Assembly (NCBI GenBank): GCA_002269645.1 | Contig: NIVC01001900.1 | Span: 124,001-188,000 of the forward strand | Direction of reading: 5' to 3' | DNA: 64,000 nucleotides | Source: Macrostomum lignano | Lineage: Eukaryota | Part shown: positions 11,633-24,388 of the stretch, piece after piece | Numbering within the stretch: position 1 is the stretch's first letter | Layout of the letters: each line of letters opens with the position of its first letter | The notes under the pieces: model-generated | Database searches by the model: none | Told to the model about the DNA's origin: nothing | Seen by the model: the letters and a program-made list of their open reading frames with translations, nothing else | Program-made: the position numbers and the translations under genes

Positions 11633-13294
11633 ATGAGTCTTGGAGACTCCAGCGACAGCTCGAGTTCGGACGCGCCTCCCGCTTCCCCAACTCCTCTCTG
11701 CATCATCTGCGACCAAGCTGCAGTCGGTGTGGCTCCGTTCTCCCGCTGCCACATGTGCAGTCAACACCTCAGTGTCGATGTGGCCAATCTATTCAAGCTC
11801 AAGGAGGATGTCGAAGAGCTGCTGCGCGCCTACTCACAAGAGTCACAAGAGTCACAAGAGTCACAAGACTCACAAGGGGCAGCAGGTGCAGCTGGCCGTG
11901 CAGCGCTGATGCGACCAAGACAAGACGCTGAGTCGCTGCGTCGTCTCGCTCTCGACATCCAACAGCAGCTGCAAGAGGTCAATCACAAATTCGATTTGGT
12001 ACAGCAACACATCGACTCGTTTCGTAGCAGGGTGACGGGCCAGCTCTCAGGTGTGCTTGAGGCAGTGCGTGTGTGCGAGCGGGACCTCGAGGACGTCTCC
12101 AGCTACAAGCAGGAGGTGGCCACGGCGGAGGCTGCAGGCGACATGGCGGAGCTGCTTCGCCTGGTCCAGTCCATGCACGAATCGCTTGGAGACTTGGAGG
12201 CCGACTTTGAGAGGTCAGAGCGCCTGCTCAGAGACCAGAGCGACAATGAGGAGCTGCAGCTGCGGCTTCTGGGCCAGCTCGAGCGGCTGGTCGGCACTTG
12301 TGCGGGACGCAGTGAAGAGGGTGACTGGTCGAGAGACGCTGCGGTGACCGCCACATCCGAGGAGAAAGACGCTGCTGAGAAAGAGAGACTGCTTTTGGAG
12401 CCGATGGTCTTCAGTCACGAGGTGAAGCTTTATGGCAAAGTTGAATACCTGGCTGTGTGCAGCGACACCAGCGGGTTCGTTTGTGACCGCTCAGGCCGTG
12501 TGGTTTCCGCCGATTCAGCGGGAGACGGCAGCGAGGCTCTGCCTCAGCCCTGCATCCTGGCATCATACTATCCGAACAGAGACCACCTACTGGTGCTGTC
12601 TTTGGACGGCTCAAAAAAGCTGGGGTCCTACTGTGACATCGACCGGAAGAATTTAATTTGTGGCCTTCACTGCGACCGTCAGCTGCTGTTCATTGCTCAG
12701 CGTGACGCAGTGACAGTGACGGACCTGAGCGGTCGCGCGGTGCGTCGAGTCCGCCCACACATCGAGGGCTTCGGTCCCATCATGGGAATCGGCGGCAACG
12801 CAGCCTCCGTGTTTGTGTCCAGTGGAAACAAAATTGCTGCATTCAGCAAAGCGACTTGGCAGATGGAGACGGTCATCACGCTGTCTCAGCTTCCTGATGC
12901 TCGACTGTTTAACCTGGCGACTCACGACAACTGCATTATGGTGACAGACAGGAGGCACAATCAGGTGCACAGAGTGCGTATCGACACCCAGCAGCTGGTC
13001 GCCTCCTTCCCGACTCAGCGTTCCGGCCTCCAACAGTTTGTTTGGCCAATTGATGTGGCCGTCGACAGCAGAGGCCGCCTGTTTGTGAATGAACACCTGG
13101 GTCACTCAGTGCGAGCAGTGGCTGCAGACGACGGGTCGCCGCTGTGGACTCTGGGGACTCCGGGCGAGAGCGGCAGCGGAGACGGCAGATTCAACAGGCC
13201 ATGGGGTCTCGCGTTGGTGACGGGAGGTCCGCGCGGGCAGCTGGTGGTGGCTGACGAATTCAACGGAAGACTGCAGGTGTTCAGTGCACCCTAA
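11633..13294 (+). CDS. G2: TRIM-NHL-like paralogue, 553 aa
   Basis: Uninterrupted ORF collinear with G1. Confidence 0.9.
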   Translation: MSLGDSSDSSSSDAPPASPTPLCIICDQAAVGVAPFSRCHMCSQHLSVDVANLFKLKEDVEELLRAYSQESQESQESQDSQGAAGAAGRAALMRPRQDAESLRRLALDIQQQLQEVNHKFDLVQQHIDSFRSRVTGQLSGVLEAVRVCERDLEDVSSYKQEVATAEAAGDMAELLRLVQSMHESLGDLEADFERSERLLRDQSDNEELQLRLLGQLERLVGTCAGRSEEGDWSRDAAVTATSEEKDAAEKERLLLEPMVFSHEVKLYGKVEYLAVCSDTSGFVCDRSGRVVSADSAGDGSEALPQPCILASYYPNRDHLLVLSLDGSKKLGSYCDIDRKNLICGLHCDRQLLFIAQRDAVTVTDLSGRAVRRVRPHIEGFGPIMGIGGNAASVFVSSGNKIAAFSKATWQMETVITLSQLPDARLFNLATHDNCIMVTDRRHNQVHRVRIDTQQLVASFPTQRSGLQQFVWPIDVAVDSRGRLFVNEHLGHSVRAVAADDGSPLWTLGTPGESGSGDGRFNRPWGLALVTGGPRGQLVVADEFNGRLQVFSAP

Positions 13295-14388
13295 TTTTAT
13301 TCACTGGGTGAATAATACTCGAACTGTGGAGTTTCTCTTAGTGACTGATTTTTGAAAACCGGGTTTTGGTCGATTTTTCTTATTATAGGATTTTTACATG
13401 CGATGACCTTCTTTGTCTGATAATTCTTTATTAGCTTCACTAACTTCAGAATTGGTATTTATTGAATGGAAGCACATCAAACATTATGCATGTATTAAGT
13501 GACAAAAATTAAGCTTACGTTGGCCCTCAAAACTTCTCTCGTATTTTTTATTGTTCTAGAAGTTTCAGCACCAGAAAATGGGACTTGACTGTTGAATTGA
13601 ATTTCAGCTTTGTTTTCTTCAAACCGCCCCCTTAGCTTGTACTCAGACTTAATAGATACAATTATGCAAAGCAATTTTGATGCTTTATCAATTTTTCTTT
13701 GATATTTATGCAGCCTCCGCGTCACCTTTTCTGTGTCAGAACTGATGTCAAATCTGATTTAATTTCTCTTTCAACTGCCTCACCTGAATTCATAATGCTA
13801 TCCAGCTGAGTGCATTGCCAGCCAATGAAACTGCTCAAAAAAGCAGAAGCTGAAGATGCGATCCCAGTCTCACCCAATGGGAAGTAGGAAGCAGCAAGGT
13901 GCGATGTAAATCTCAAATGCGAAAGACTGAAAAATGCTGTAAAACCGCTGGTTAGACCAAGCAAGAAGCGCCGCCCTCTCTCCCTCGCACCTGCACTAAA
14001 TATTCTCCGACCTGAGCAGACAGTCTCAGCCGAACTACTCGGAGTGAGCAGATTAACCCAGCTGATCCAAGCAAAGGACCTCAGAGCGAACAAAAATATT
14101 CGCAAACTTGTGACTTAGAGCGGCTGCCCTTGCACTGCAATCTTTGTTGTAAACCAGCATCACTGCGGTGACAACATCAAATACATCGGACTGCGAGTCA
14201 CCCTCGTGACTGCATCATCAGGAAAAGTCAGTTGAATTGCCGTCTCAGTTATTTTGGCTCTGACACTCGGAATGGAAATGACAGATAGCCACTGTAGTGA
14301 GAGTCCCTGATGCCAAGATATTGAAATATTTCACTCGCTGCAGACTCAGCGCTCGCTTCTGTGTTGCATTTTCCTCAGTGGGTCACTG

Positions 14389-14570
14389 CTTAAATTGCTG
14401 CTCAAACTGCTGCTCAAACTGCTGCTCCTCTCCTGAGCACATCTCTCCTGAGCACATCTCTCCTGAGCACATCTCTCCTGAGCACATCTCTCCTGAGCAC
14501 ATCTCTCCTGAGCACATCTCTCCTGAGCACATCTCTCCTGAGTACATTTCTCTTAGACACATCTCTCAGC
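14389..14570. repeat. 12-bp (ctgctgctcaaa) then 15-bp (ctcctgagcacatct) tandem repeats
   Basis: About 3 x 12-mer followed by about 9 x 15-mer; paralogous to 46838-47640. Confidence 0.85.
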
Positions 14571-14744
14571 CTTCTCATCCCTGCTCTTCTCCCTCTTTAC
14601 TCCTCTCTTCTTAAATTTTGAGTCATTTCAGTTTGCATAATAAAATAATTTCTTAATGCATTGCTTCTTACTTCATCTGCATTTCAGCTTCTCCAGACAA
14701 CAAGTATTTTATTCTATTTTAAGATACACTTGGCTATTTAATTT

Positions 14745-17600
14745 TCACGCCTTGCATGGGAATTGAGTACGTCGCCCACCTCCGGCCAGAGCATCGGTCT
14801 GGAGCCAACGGAGCCGCCATCAGTCCTGATAGCGCGGCGCAACCAAGCTGGCGACTCACAGGGGACGACGGAGTCAGGAGGCCTCTAAGCGCCGCCGGCA
14901 GCCCTTTAATGCGCGGCGCAAAGATCTCCGCGCCAATGCCCGTCGGATCTACCAGGACTCGCGGCCTGCCAAGCCGGAGCCTCGAGGGCCATCGCTTCCA
15001 CCCAACTCGCCCCCGCAATGCATGCACAAGCAGAGCCAAGAAGGAGACAAGTCGGCCGCATCTTTAAAACCAGATTCGGGTCGCCACCTTCAATGCCCGC
15101 ACTCTCAGTCAGACATGGAGACTGCAGGAGCTGACCAGGCTGGCGGCCGACCTCAACATCTCCATCCTGGCAGTTCAAGAACATCGGCGACAGAACCCTG
15201 ACGAGACTGTGGATCTGGGCCTAAGCTGGTAATTCAAGGCTGCCCCAGCCACTCCACAGGGAACTGGAGGTATCGGCTTCCTGCTGTCGCCCGCCGCATC
15301 CAGAGCGCTGCTGGACATCAGGTTCCCATCCGAGCGCCTGGGACACACCTCCTTTGCCGGAAAAGACAGGCGTCTTCACATCATCTGCGTCTGCGGCCCC
15401 TCGGACCAGCGAAGATCCATCTGAGACAGAAGCCCTTTACGACACCCTGGGCCAGCCTGCTCCAGCCGAGTCCTTCGAGTCTTTCCATCAGGCCGTCGAG
15501 GATGCTGCAGCGCTTCTCCCACGGAGACAGGCAAACCATCCAAAGTCCCTGTGGGACCGCGATCTCATCATCTCCCAGGCAAGGCGGCACGTGCAGAGCA
15601 CTGCTGCACCCCACGGCCATGACAGCGGCCAGGCCAGTGCTGCCAGGGACGAGCTGCAGGGCATTTATGCCCACCGGACTAAAGCCTTCATCGAAGAAGC
15701 TGTGAGCGAAATCCAACTCCCTACTGACAACTGCCGCCATAGTGCTGCCTGGAGGGCCATCAACCAGCTGACTGGCAGGAAGCCCAGGCCCAACACCACC
15801 GTCGGCGCTGATTCCACCGAGCACCGCAAGGCCCTGCTGGCCGCCCACTACCGCGAGGTGCTCAACGCGCCCGCTCCAACTGCGCCTCTTCTGCCAATCC
15901 CAGACTTCGCTCCAGCCCAGCCAGACGCCTTCAACACCGGCCCCATCACTGCAGGCGAGGTTGACCGAGCACTGAGGACCATGCGAGCTTATGCCGCCGC
16001 TGGGGTGGAAGCCATCCCTCCCAGGGTCCTGAAGCTGCCCGAGCTCACCCGCGGTCATCACCTGCCTGCTGAAGAAGCACTGCAGCCTTGGAGGCAACGA
16101 GACCGCCTCAGCTCCTCAGCAATGGCGCACCTCCAAGATTTTCTCCATCCCGAAGAAAGGTGCCTCCACCAGCCCGGAAAACCAGCGGGGCATCGCGCTG
16201 GAATGCACAACGCCGAAGCTGCTGAACGAGATTCTGCGCAACCGCCTCCTGCCCGGTCTCAACCCGCTGCTGCTGAGCCTCCAAAGCGGCTTCCGCCCGA
16301 GCAGGTCCACTACCGAGCAGGTTGCCACCATCCACTCTGTCATCAAGGCCTGCAAGACCCGCCAGCGCTCCGTGTCAATCATCTTCGTCGACTTTTGCAA
16401 GGCGTTTGACTCGGTGTCCAGGCCTGCGATCGCGTGGCTTCTATCGCAATTTGGCGTGCCTGCTGCGCTGGTGAGCGCGGTGATGGACCTCTACCGCGAC
16501 TCCAGGGCTTTGTCATGTCGAGCGACGGCCCCACAGAAGAGCTCGGCACCAGCTCAGGCGTCCTTCAGGGCGACACGCTGGCTCCTCTGCTCTTCCTCGT
16601 GGTTGTGGACTACGTGCTTCGTCGGTCCCTCCGCGAGGATGAAAGCTACTTGCTGGTCTCACGCTGGTCTCACGAAGCTCCAGACACCCTGCTGTTTCGC
16701 TTCCCGCTCTGGCGTATGCTGACAACATCGCGCTGCTCTGTCGCGACCCAGCTGCGGCCCAGCGCGCTCTCACAAGGCTTTGCGACGAGAGCGCCGTGTT
16801 GGGCTGCTGGTGAACGCTCGTAAGACGGAGGCGCTGCACGTGGGCACGAATACCAACGCTCTGATGGCCCGCGCTAGAACTCCGCCCTTGAGCGCTATCC
16901 TGCGCCTGCCGTCCCCTGCCCTTCTCCTCTACTGCGTAGAGCTCTCCTCAGGCTCAACCGCAGAGACCTCAGAGCAGTTAGCATGGCCCTCTTCGGGCAT
17001 GGCTGCTTCTCTCGCCTCCGTTTCCTTCAGGGCCAAGTACCCCAGGAGCGGTGCCCCTTCTGCCGCTCAGGCAGTGAAAATGCCGAGCATTTTATCTGCC
17101 ACTGCCCGGTTTTCACCAGGGCCAGGCTCACTCACCTCGGGCCAAACCCGGTTCTCTCCGACGTTTGCAGGCCCGAGAGCATCCCGCTGCTCGCCCGGTA
17201 CCTCAGACGCACGGGACGAGCTGAGTTCTTCCCCACCGCCGGTGAGGAGGACCGCGCTGCAGGCGAGACCGACGGGTCCCCCTGAGCGACATCACTTCAG
17301 CGGAAGTCAATGGTCGCCAGGGGCCAGCGGAATGGGCGGTCCCCTCCGCCTCCTCGCTGCATCCGCCGGACGCCCCCCGCAGCTAAGTCAAGTCAAGCTA
17401 TCCTGTGCCGGCACCGCCAGATGCTGCTGGGCCACAGCCTACGGACCCTGAGTCGCGGTGCGCCCGTCCCTCTGGCCCTGGCCATTCTGCACCGGCCGAC
17501 CGAGCAATTGCACCGCGGCCAGGCTCGCACTGCCACCCTAACGAACTGCTCATCGCTGCTTGCAGGCGCTTGAGCTGACCCTCTGCGTCCTAATATACAT
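14745..17600 (+). mobile_element. Decayed RTE-clade non-LTR retrotransposon, copy 1 (boundaries approximate)
   Basis: APE N-terminus RVATFNARTL...ILAVQEHR; RT motifs FVDFCKAFDSV and GVLQGDTLAPLLF; stops and frameshifts; lacks the second half of the endonuclease that is present in copy 2. Confidence 0.85.
16907..17396 (+). mobile_element. 5'-truncated LOA/R1-group LINE fragment nested in the RTE
   Basis: C-terminal GHG...CPFC...ENAEHFICHCP motif; tail TAAGTCAAGTCAA; flanked by GCTATCCTG(C/T)GCC (16894-16906, 17397-17409); RTE coding sequence resumes after it. Confidence 0.8.
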
Positions 17601-18120
17601 AATATATGCGTATGATACACGCGACCACCAAGAGAAACTTCATATGGCTTCGCCACACAGACACCACTTTGGTGGCAGCGGTAAAAGGAGAAAAGCTACA
17701 TTCGCAATCAGAAGATGTACTATTAAGAAAATTCTGTGCAGGATGGCCTCAGCACAGTTCTACAGCATTGGGCATTTCGATCCAGATGAAGATCCGCTCA
17801 ACAATGCAGAGAAGTGGAGCTGTTCATGGATGTGCAAGGAATAGCTGACGAAAAGAAACAAGCCAAATTATTGCTTCTAGCAGGGCCGAAAATCCTAAAT
17901 TTGTTGCAGACTGTAAACTATGAACAAGGCTACGAAGCAACGAAGGAAGCGCTCAGCTCTCAATATCATAGGGTGCAACCAATGGCGTCCATGAGACTTA
18001 CAGGCTGTCAGTAAGCCAGATAGAGGGAGAACCGTTTGATTCCTTCTACAGTCGTCTAAAAAGTGCGGCAAAGTACTGCAACTTGCCCGACGAGTACAAG
18101 CCTGAAGGAAAAGAAGCAAT
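17600..18120 (+). pseudogene. Gypsy/Mag-like LTR end + PBS + gag N-terminal fragment, copy 1
   Basis: TGGTGGCAGCGG PBS-like sequence at about 17670 followed by MASAQF..GHFDPDEDPLNNAEKW...KKQAKLLLLAG gag-like sequence with lesions. Confidence 0.65.
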
Positions 18121-18172
18121 CTATATAACCAAATCCCAATGTTACCTAATGCTAAACAGCATCTGAGTGAAT

Positions 18173-18242
18173 GTCACTGGGCCAATGTCAGTGGGCCAAT
18201 ATCACTGAGCCAATGTCACTGGACCAACGTGACTGGGCCAAT
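18173..18242 (+). promoter_or_regulatory. 5 x 14-bp tandem repeat (gtcactgggccaat) with four CCAAT boxes, upstream of G3
   Basis: Read directly from sequence; lies 315-385 bp upstream of the ATG; same array at 51507-51576. Promoter role is inferred. Confidence 0.45.
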
Positions 18243-18556
18243 GCCCATAACGCATAAGCAACTGATAGATCAGACCCTGCTGGCAAAAGTGATCTTCCGT
18301 CCCCCAGGCCTTCCAGGCCTCGCACAGAGCCAAGCGCACAGGTGCGTCAGATAACGCAGTTGCTTTGCGAACTCTGCAGCAGGCAGATGCGGTCTCTGGG
18401 CTGCGGACAGTCACCTGCCCTGTGCCAATGTAAACTGTGCGACCCCACCCATGCTGCAGCTGCCGCTCGCGTACATAAAAGTCAGACCTGTACGAAAATA
18501 ATTCAGTTTTCGTTTCTTAATTAAAGAAATAAGATTACGAAACCTGCGGTACTGCA

Positions 18557-20251
18557 ATGAGCCTTGAAGACTCCAGCGACAGATCGAGTTCAGACGCGCC
18601 TCCCGCTACCCCAACTCCTCTCTGCATCATCTGCGACCAAGCTGCAGTCGGTGTGGCTCCGTTCTCCCGCTGCCACATGTGCAGTCAACACCTCAGTGTC
18701 GATGTGGCCGATCTATTCAAGCTCAAGGAGGAGGTCGAAGAGCTGCTGCGTGCCTACTCACAAGAGTCACAAGAGTCACAACAGTCACAAGAGTCACAAG
18801 ACTCACAAGAGTCACCAGAGTCACAACACTCACAACAGTCTCAAGGCGCAGCAGTCTCAGCTGGCCGTGCAGCGCTGATGCGACCAAGACAAGACGCTGA
18901 GTCGCTGCGTCGTCTCGCTCTCGACATCCAACAGCAGCTGCAAGAGGTCAATCACAAATTCGATTTGGTACAGCACACATCGACTCGTTTCGTAGCAGGG
19001 TGACGGGCCAGCTCTCAGGTGTGCTTGAGGCAGTGCGTGTGTGCGAGCGGGACCTCGAGGACGTCTCCAGCTACAAGCAGGAGGTGGCCACGGCGGAGGC
19101 TGCAGGCGACATGGCGGAGCTGCTTCGCCTGGTGCAGTCCATGCACGAATCGCTTGGAGACTTGGAGGCCGATTTTGAGAGGTCAGAGCGCCTGCTCAGA
19201 GACCAGAGCGACAATAAGGAGCTGCAGCTGCGGCTTCTGGGCCAGCTCGAGCGGCTGGTCGGCATTTGTGCGGGACGCAGTGAAGAGGGCGACTGTTCGA
19301 GAGACGCTGCGGTGACCGCGACATCCGAGGAGATAGACGCTGCTGAGAAAGAGAGACTGCTGTTCGATGCGATGGTCTTCAATCACAAGGTGAAGCTGGA
19401 TGGCAATGCTCAATGGCTGGCTGTGTGCAGCGACACCAGCGGATTCGTTGGTGACCGCTCAGGCCGTGTGGTTCCCTCCGACTCAGCGAGAGACGGCAGC
19501 GAGGCTTTGCCTCAGCCCTGCATTATTGCAGCATTCTGTAAAAATAGAGACCATCTACTGGTGCTTTCTGTGGACGGCTCACAGAAGCTGCGGTGCCATT
19601 GCGACATCGACTGGAAGAAGGGCATCCATGGCCTTCACTGCGACCGTCAGCTGCTGTTCATTGCTCAGTCTAACGCAGTGACAGTGACAGAACTGAGCGG
19701 TCGCGCGGTTCGTCGAGTCCACATCGTGGGCTTCGGTGACATCTGTGGAATCGGCGGCAACGCAGCCTCCGTGTTTGTGTCCAGTGGAAACAAAATTGCT
19801 GCATTCAGCAAAGCGACTTGGCAGATGGAGACGGTCATCACGCTGTCTCAGCTTCCTGATGCTCGACTGTTTAACCTGGCGACTCACGACAACTGCATTC
19901 TGGTGATAGACTGGGAGCACAATCAGGTGCACAGAGTGCGTATCGACACCCAGCAGCTGGTCGCCTCCTTCCCGACTCAGAGTTCCGCCCTCCAACAGTT
20001 TGTTTGGCCAAAGGATGTGGCCGTCGACAGCAGAGGCCGCCTGTTCGTGAGTGAATTCGGTGGTGACTCAGTGCGTGCTGTGGCTGCAGACGACGGGTCG
20101 CTGCTGTCTGGGGACTCCGGGCGAGAGCGGCAGCGGAGACGACAGATTCAGGGGTCCATGGGGTCTGGCGGTGGTGACGGGAGGTCCGCGCGACCAGCTG
20201 GTGGTGGCTGACCATGGTAACAGGAGACTGCATGTGTTCAGTGCACCCTAA
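18557..20251 (+). pseudogene. G3: TRIM-NHL-like paralogue with two frameshifts
   Basis: 1-bp deletion at about 18975 (cagcacacat vs cagcaacacat) and 5-bp deletion at 20107/20108 (ctgctgt[ggact]ctgggg) relative to the paralogues. Confidence 0.8.
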
Positions 20252-21037
20252 TTTTATTCACAGGCCGAATAAAAATCGAACTGTGGGGTTTCCGGAGTGA
20301 TTGATTTATTGGAGGCTGGGTTTTTGTTTAATTTTTTATTACTATGGAATAATTACCATGTGATTAACTTCTTGGTCTGATAATTGTTTATCATGGCCAG
20401 TGTGTTCAGAATTGATATTTAATTGAATAGAAACACACTAAACATTTTGCATGCATTCAGTAATTATATTAAAGTAACGTTTGCCCTCAACACTTCTCTC
20501 ATTGTTTTTCTTTTTCTGCAAGTTTCAGCACCAGAAATTGGGACTGCACTGTTGAATTGAATTTCAGCAAACACATTTGTTTCCTGTGCAACTTTTCCTG
20601 GAAATTTTTTTTCACGCTGTGCCGAATTAAACTCCAACTTTTGATTCTCAAGCCGTTCATTTCTCAGTTTGCATCTGATGCAATTTCTCTTTTAACCACT
20701 TCAACTGAATTCAAAATGATTTTTTCTCCTAAACTATATTCAGTCCTAAAATTTGTTTAGCAAATAATTATTTGGAGGTCAAGAGTGAGTCGAGTCGAAC
20801 CCGAGTCAGTTGGGAGAAAAATATCGGAACAAGTCACGTGCCAATTCAATTGATGGGAACTGCTTAAGGAGATCGGGGCCACAATTGCTGATTCAGAACA
20901 AAATAACGGAGGTTGGGGTGGGCGAAAAAGGAGTGGGGTGGGTGTAAGTGGTGAGTCATCGCTATTCATTGCAAATTAGTTAGTGGCTGCCAAAAGCCGC
21001 TGCTGCATCAGAAGCTGAAGGACGTTAACTGACCTCA

Positions 21038-21379
21038 TGCTGCAAAGCGACTGCGGCATGATTGCCAATCAGACATGCTGCATAGCGACTGCGGCATGAT
21101 TGCCAATCAGACATGCTGCATAGCGACTGCGGCATGATTGCCAATCAGACATGCTGCATAGCGACTGCGGCATGATTGCCAATCAGACATGCTGCATAGC
21201 GACTGCGGCATGATTGCCAATCAGACATGCTGCATAGCGACTGCGGCATGATTGCCCATCAGACATGCTGCATAGCGACTGCGGCATGATTGCCAATCAG
21301 ACATGCTGCATAGCGACTGTGGCATGATTGCCAATCAGACATGCTGCATAGCGACTGCGGTATGATTGCCAATCAGACA
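21038..21379. repeat. 38-bp minisatellite x9
   Basis: 342 bp = 9 x 38. Confidence 0.95.
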
Positions 21380-21537
21380 TGACAGCAGCTGATTGATGGA
21401 ATTGCTCACAGAATTCATGCCTGCTGCTCTCAGTGACCAGAGAGCTCACAGAATTCATTCCGCCAAGTAAGCAAAAGACAAAATCTTGTTCTTATTGAGT
21501 GATGCAGAATGGAGAACTGAAGCTGAACGAGAAAAAT

Positions 21538-21924
21538 GGCACTGAGGACTGGCAGGATTGGGGCGGCACTGAGGACTGGCAGGAGGGGGGCGGCACTGAG
21601 GACTGGGAGGAGGGGCGGCACTGAGGACTGGGAGGAGGGGCGGCACTGAGGACTGGGAGGAGGGGCGGCACTGAGGACTGGGAGGAGGGGCGGCACTAAG
21701 GACTGGCAGGAGGGGAGGCACTGAGGACTGGGAGGAGGGGCGGCACTGAGGACTGGCAGGAGGGAGGGGTGGCACTGAGGACTGGGAGGAGGGGCGGCAC
21801 TGATTACTGGGAGGAGGGGCGGCACTGAGGACTGGGAGGAGGGGAGGCACTGAGGACTGGGAGGAGGAGGGCGGCACTGAGGACTGGGAGGAGGGGCGGC
21901 ACTGAGGACTGGGAGGAGGGGCGG
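21538..21924. repeat. 25-bp G-rich minisatellite, about 15 copies
   Basis: Same unit as 8381-8660. Confidence 0.9.
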
Positions 21925-24388
21925 CTCACCCCCAGCTCACAAGTGCTGCAAATTTGACTGTGTGAACATTCGATCCCGGCTGAGCAACTCAACAATTCAA
22001 AATGCTCGCTTGGGCTCTTCTCAGTGCAGATTCAGTCAATGTTTACTGAAATTTCTGCAAAAATAGAAATTACTGCTGTCATAGTTTGAATTTGCCTGAA
22101 TTCAGCCAATTTATTATTTGGTAAGTTCGCCAAAAGTTTTGAACTTCCGGCAAAGACAGACAGGATCCAAAGAACACAAATTAATGGTATGAGAGTGCAA
22201 CTCATCTCTGAATCATCTGTCATATTCATTCCCAGCTGTGCACCCCATGCGTGGGTCATTGTGCATTCTGACAGCCTGACATTCACTGCCACTGGGGCAC
22301 TGAATTCCAATGAACAAATTCTCATCAGCTGTTGCTGTGAAGAATTCGCACCTGGTAGGTGATTTGATTCGCTTGGCTGTCTACTTTCTCTCTCTACTTC
22401 TCTGCCTACCATCTGACCCTGAGCACACGTTGGTGGTGAGTTCTCGCCACCGATTTCCAGCTCACTAAACTGTGAGCCACTTTTGTGTGCGACTGCAGTC
22501 TCAGTGCTGAGTTGCCTCTGTGACTGACAGTTGGGGCCTGGATCCACTTGAGACAGCTGGTTTCTTAGAAATTATTTGAAGGCCTGCCTTGTGTAAAAAT
22601 ATGCATATGAAAAATGCAGCCACATATAGCTTTGCATGCGACTGCAGAATCAAATGCTTGTGTTGAACGTGGCTTGCTGTTTTTGTAGTGAAATTAAACC
22701 CAATTAAATATGTACACCATTAAATCATGAAGCTCTTTATAAATGACTGATAAACACGAAAGCCGTTTATCTGCTTCTATAAAAAGATTTTGCCATTTTG
22801 GTGACCATCAAATCAATAGTTCTCTTACGCTCTTCATTTTTCACTCATAGCCAGCCTTCAAATATTTTCTAGGAAACACACGCAATATACTGTACTTTAG
22901 TCGTCCTTGGTCCCACTGCAAGTCTGCGGGGTGACAAATTCCAGTCAGGTGGGGAACTCAGGTGAGTCTGGCATGCAGCAAACACAGCTTGCAGAATTCG
23001 AGAAATGCGATTTGCACACCAAGACTGCATCTTGATGAAGTTAAGGCAAGAGTGGGCTGTGCTGCCTGTGCTCGAATTGCTGCTCAAACTGCTGCTGCAG
23101 GTGGTAGCGAGATTCGATCGTTCAGGACCTCTGGCCCTGTGGATGGTAGTTGGGTTCGAGCTCAGGACCTCTGGCCCTGTTGTATGACTCTGTGCCTTTG
23201 AGGGCGGCTCTCATGGGTGCAATTTACAGTGCTCTAAAAACATTTAATTACAGGTAGGAATCGAACCCAGGTGCCAGTTTCATGCTTTCATGAGTGACCA
23301 GTATGATGTCTTCCAGCCACTCAAAAATCCTCGAGTGCTCAAGTGTGCTCAGAAAATGCTCTGAGCAAATGCGGGATGTCTGTGCAAGTGCGCTCACAGG
23401 GTTTAGAAATCCGACCTCAACCTTTCAGTCATGTGTCTAACGCTCCAACCACTAGGCTGCAACCCCAGTAGTCCTGCAAATATTCGAAGTTCCCTTATTG
23501 ATTTCGTGCTAAAGGCACGGCAGTATTCCGATCTCCATTGATCTCCTCGGAGGTACGGCTGAAATATTAGACCAGAGAGGCTCATAAAATGCTTAAGGTC
23601 TCAGACTCGAACCCTCGACCTTTACCTTCTCGAACTTTACCTCCACCACTTCTTCCACAGCTCAGTCAGCACCTGTGGAGCTCCGCGTTCATCTTTGACT
23701 CCAGCAAGGTGTAGCGGCCGTTCGATGCGCGATCTCGCTGCACCCCGGCCGCCGTAGTGCTCGCGTACACCTGGGCGGGCAGACTGCTGGTTTACGGGGA
23801 TCGCGGTGGTGTTCACGAGGATCTCCAGTTCTTCACGGAGATCTCGGGGTGTCACCGAATTGGGGGCACATGTAAGCATGTATGGCCACACCTGTGCTCA
23901 GCTGGGATCAGGGATTGCAGAAATTCCAGAGACGCAGGTGAGGCAGGCTGAGCAGTCAAATAATTAGAAGGTCCGGAGTTCGATCCAACTCAGCTCACAG
24001 AGCGTGATCAGGTTGCCCAGAGCCAGCAATTTGTGAGTTTGTGCTCAAATTTAAGATAAGCAGCTGCACAGAGCTTTGAGTCTGTGTGCGGTCGAATCAC
24101 CTTTATCTGTGTGCAGTGCGGCTTTGCTGGCTGTCTGACTGTCCCGCAGTTTGGTAACCATGGAAACTGCTGATAGCACCGCTGCTGGGCTCAGTATGAA
24201 TTGTATTAGCAACTGTGGCTCTGTTGAGACCCCAACTTAGAGATTGCAGCAGCCCAGCGCTTCACCCTGACTTTGCGCAGTTTTAGAAGGTGAGCTGGTT
24301 GTTAATATCTGAATTATGTTCTTCTTTATTCCACATCTCAGCATTTCTGAGCAGGACATTTTTGATTATTTGTTCCTTCATGGGCCTT

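Noticed and set aside
14750-14870. HDV-like ribozyme at the RTE 5' end
   Set aside because: A possible GTCGCC/GGCGAC pairing and CACCTCC loop are present, but I could not build a consistent P1/P1.1/J4-2. An Infernal or RNArobo search is needed.
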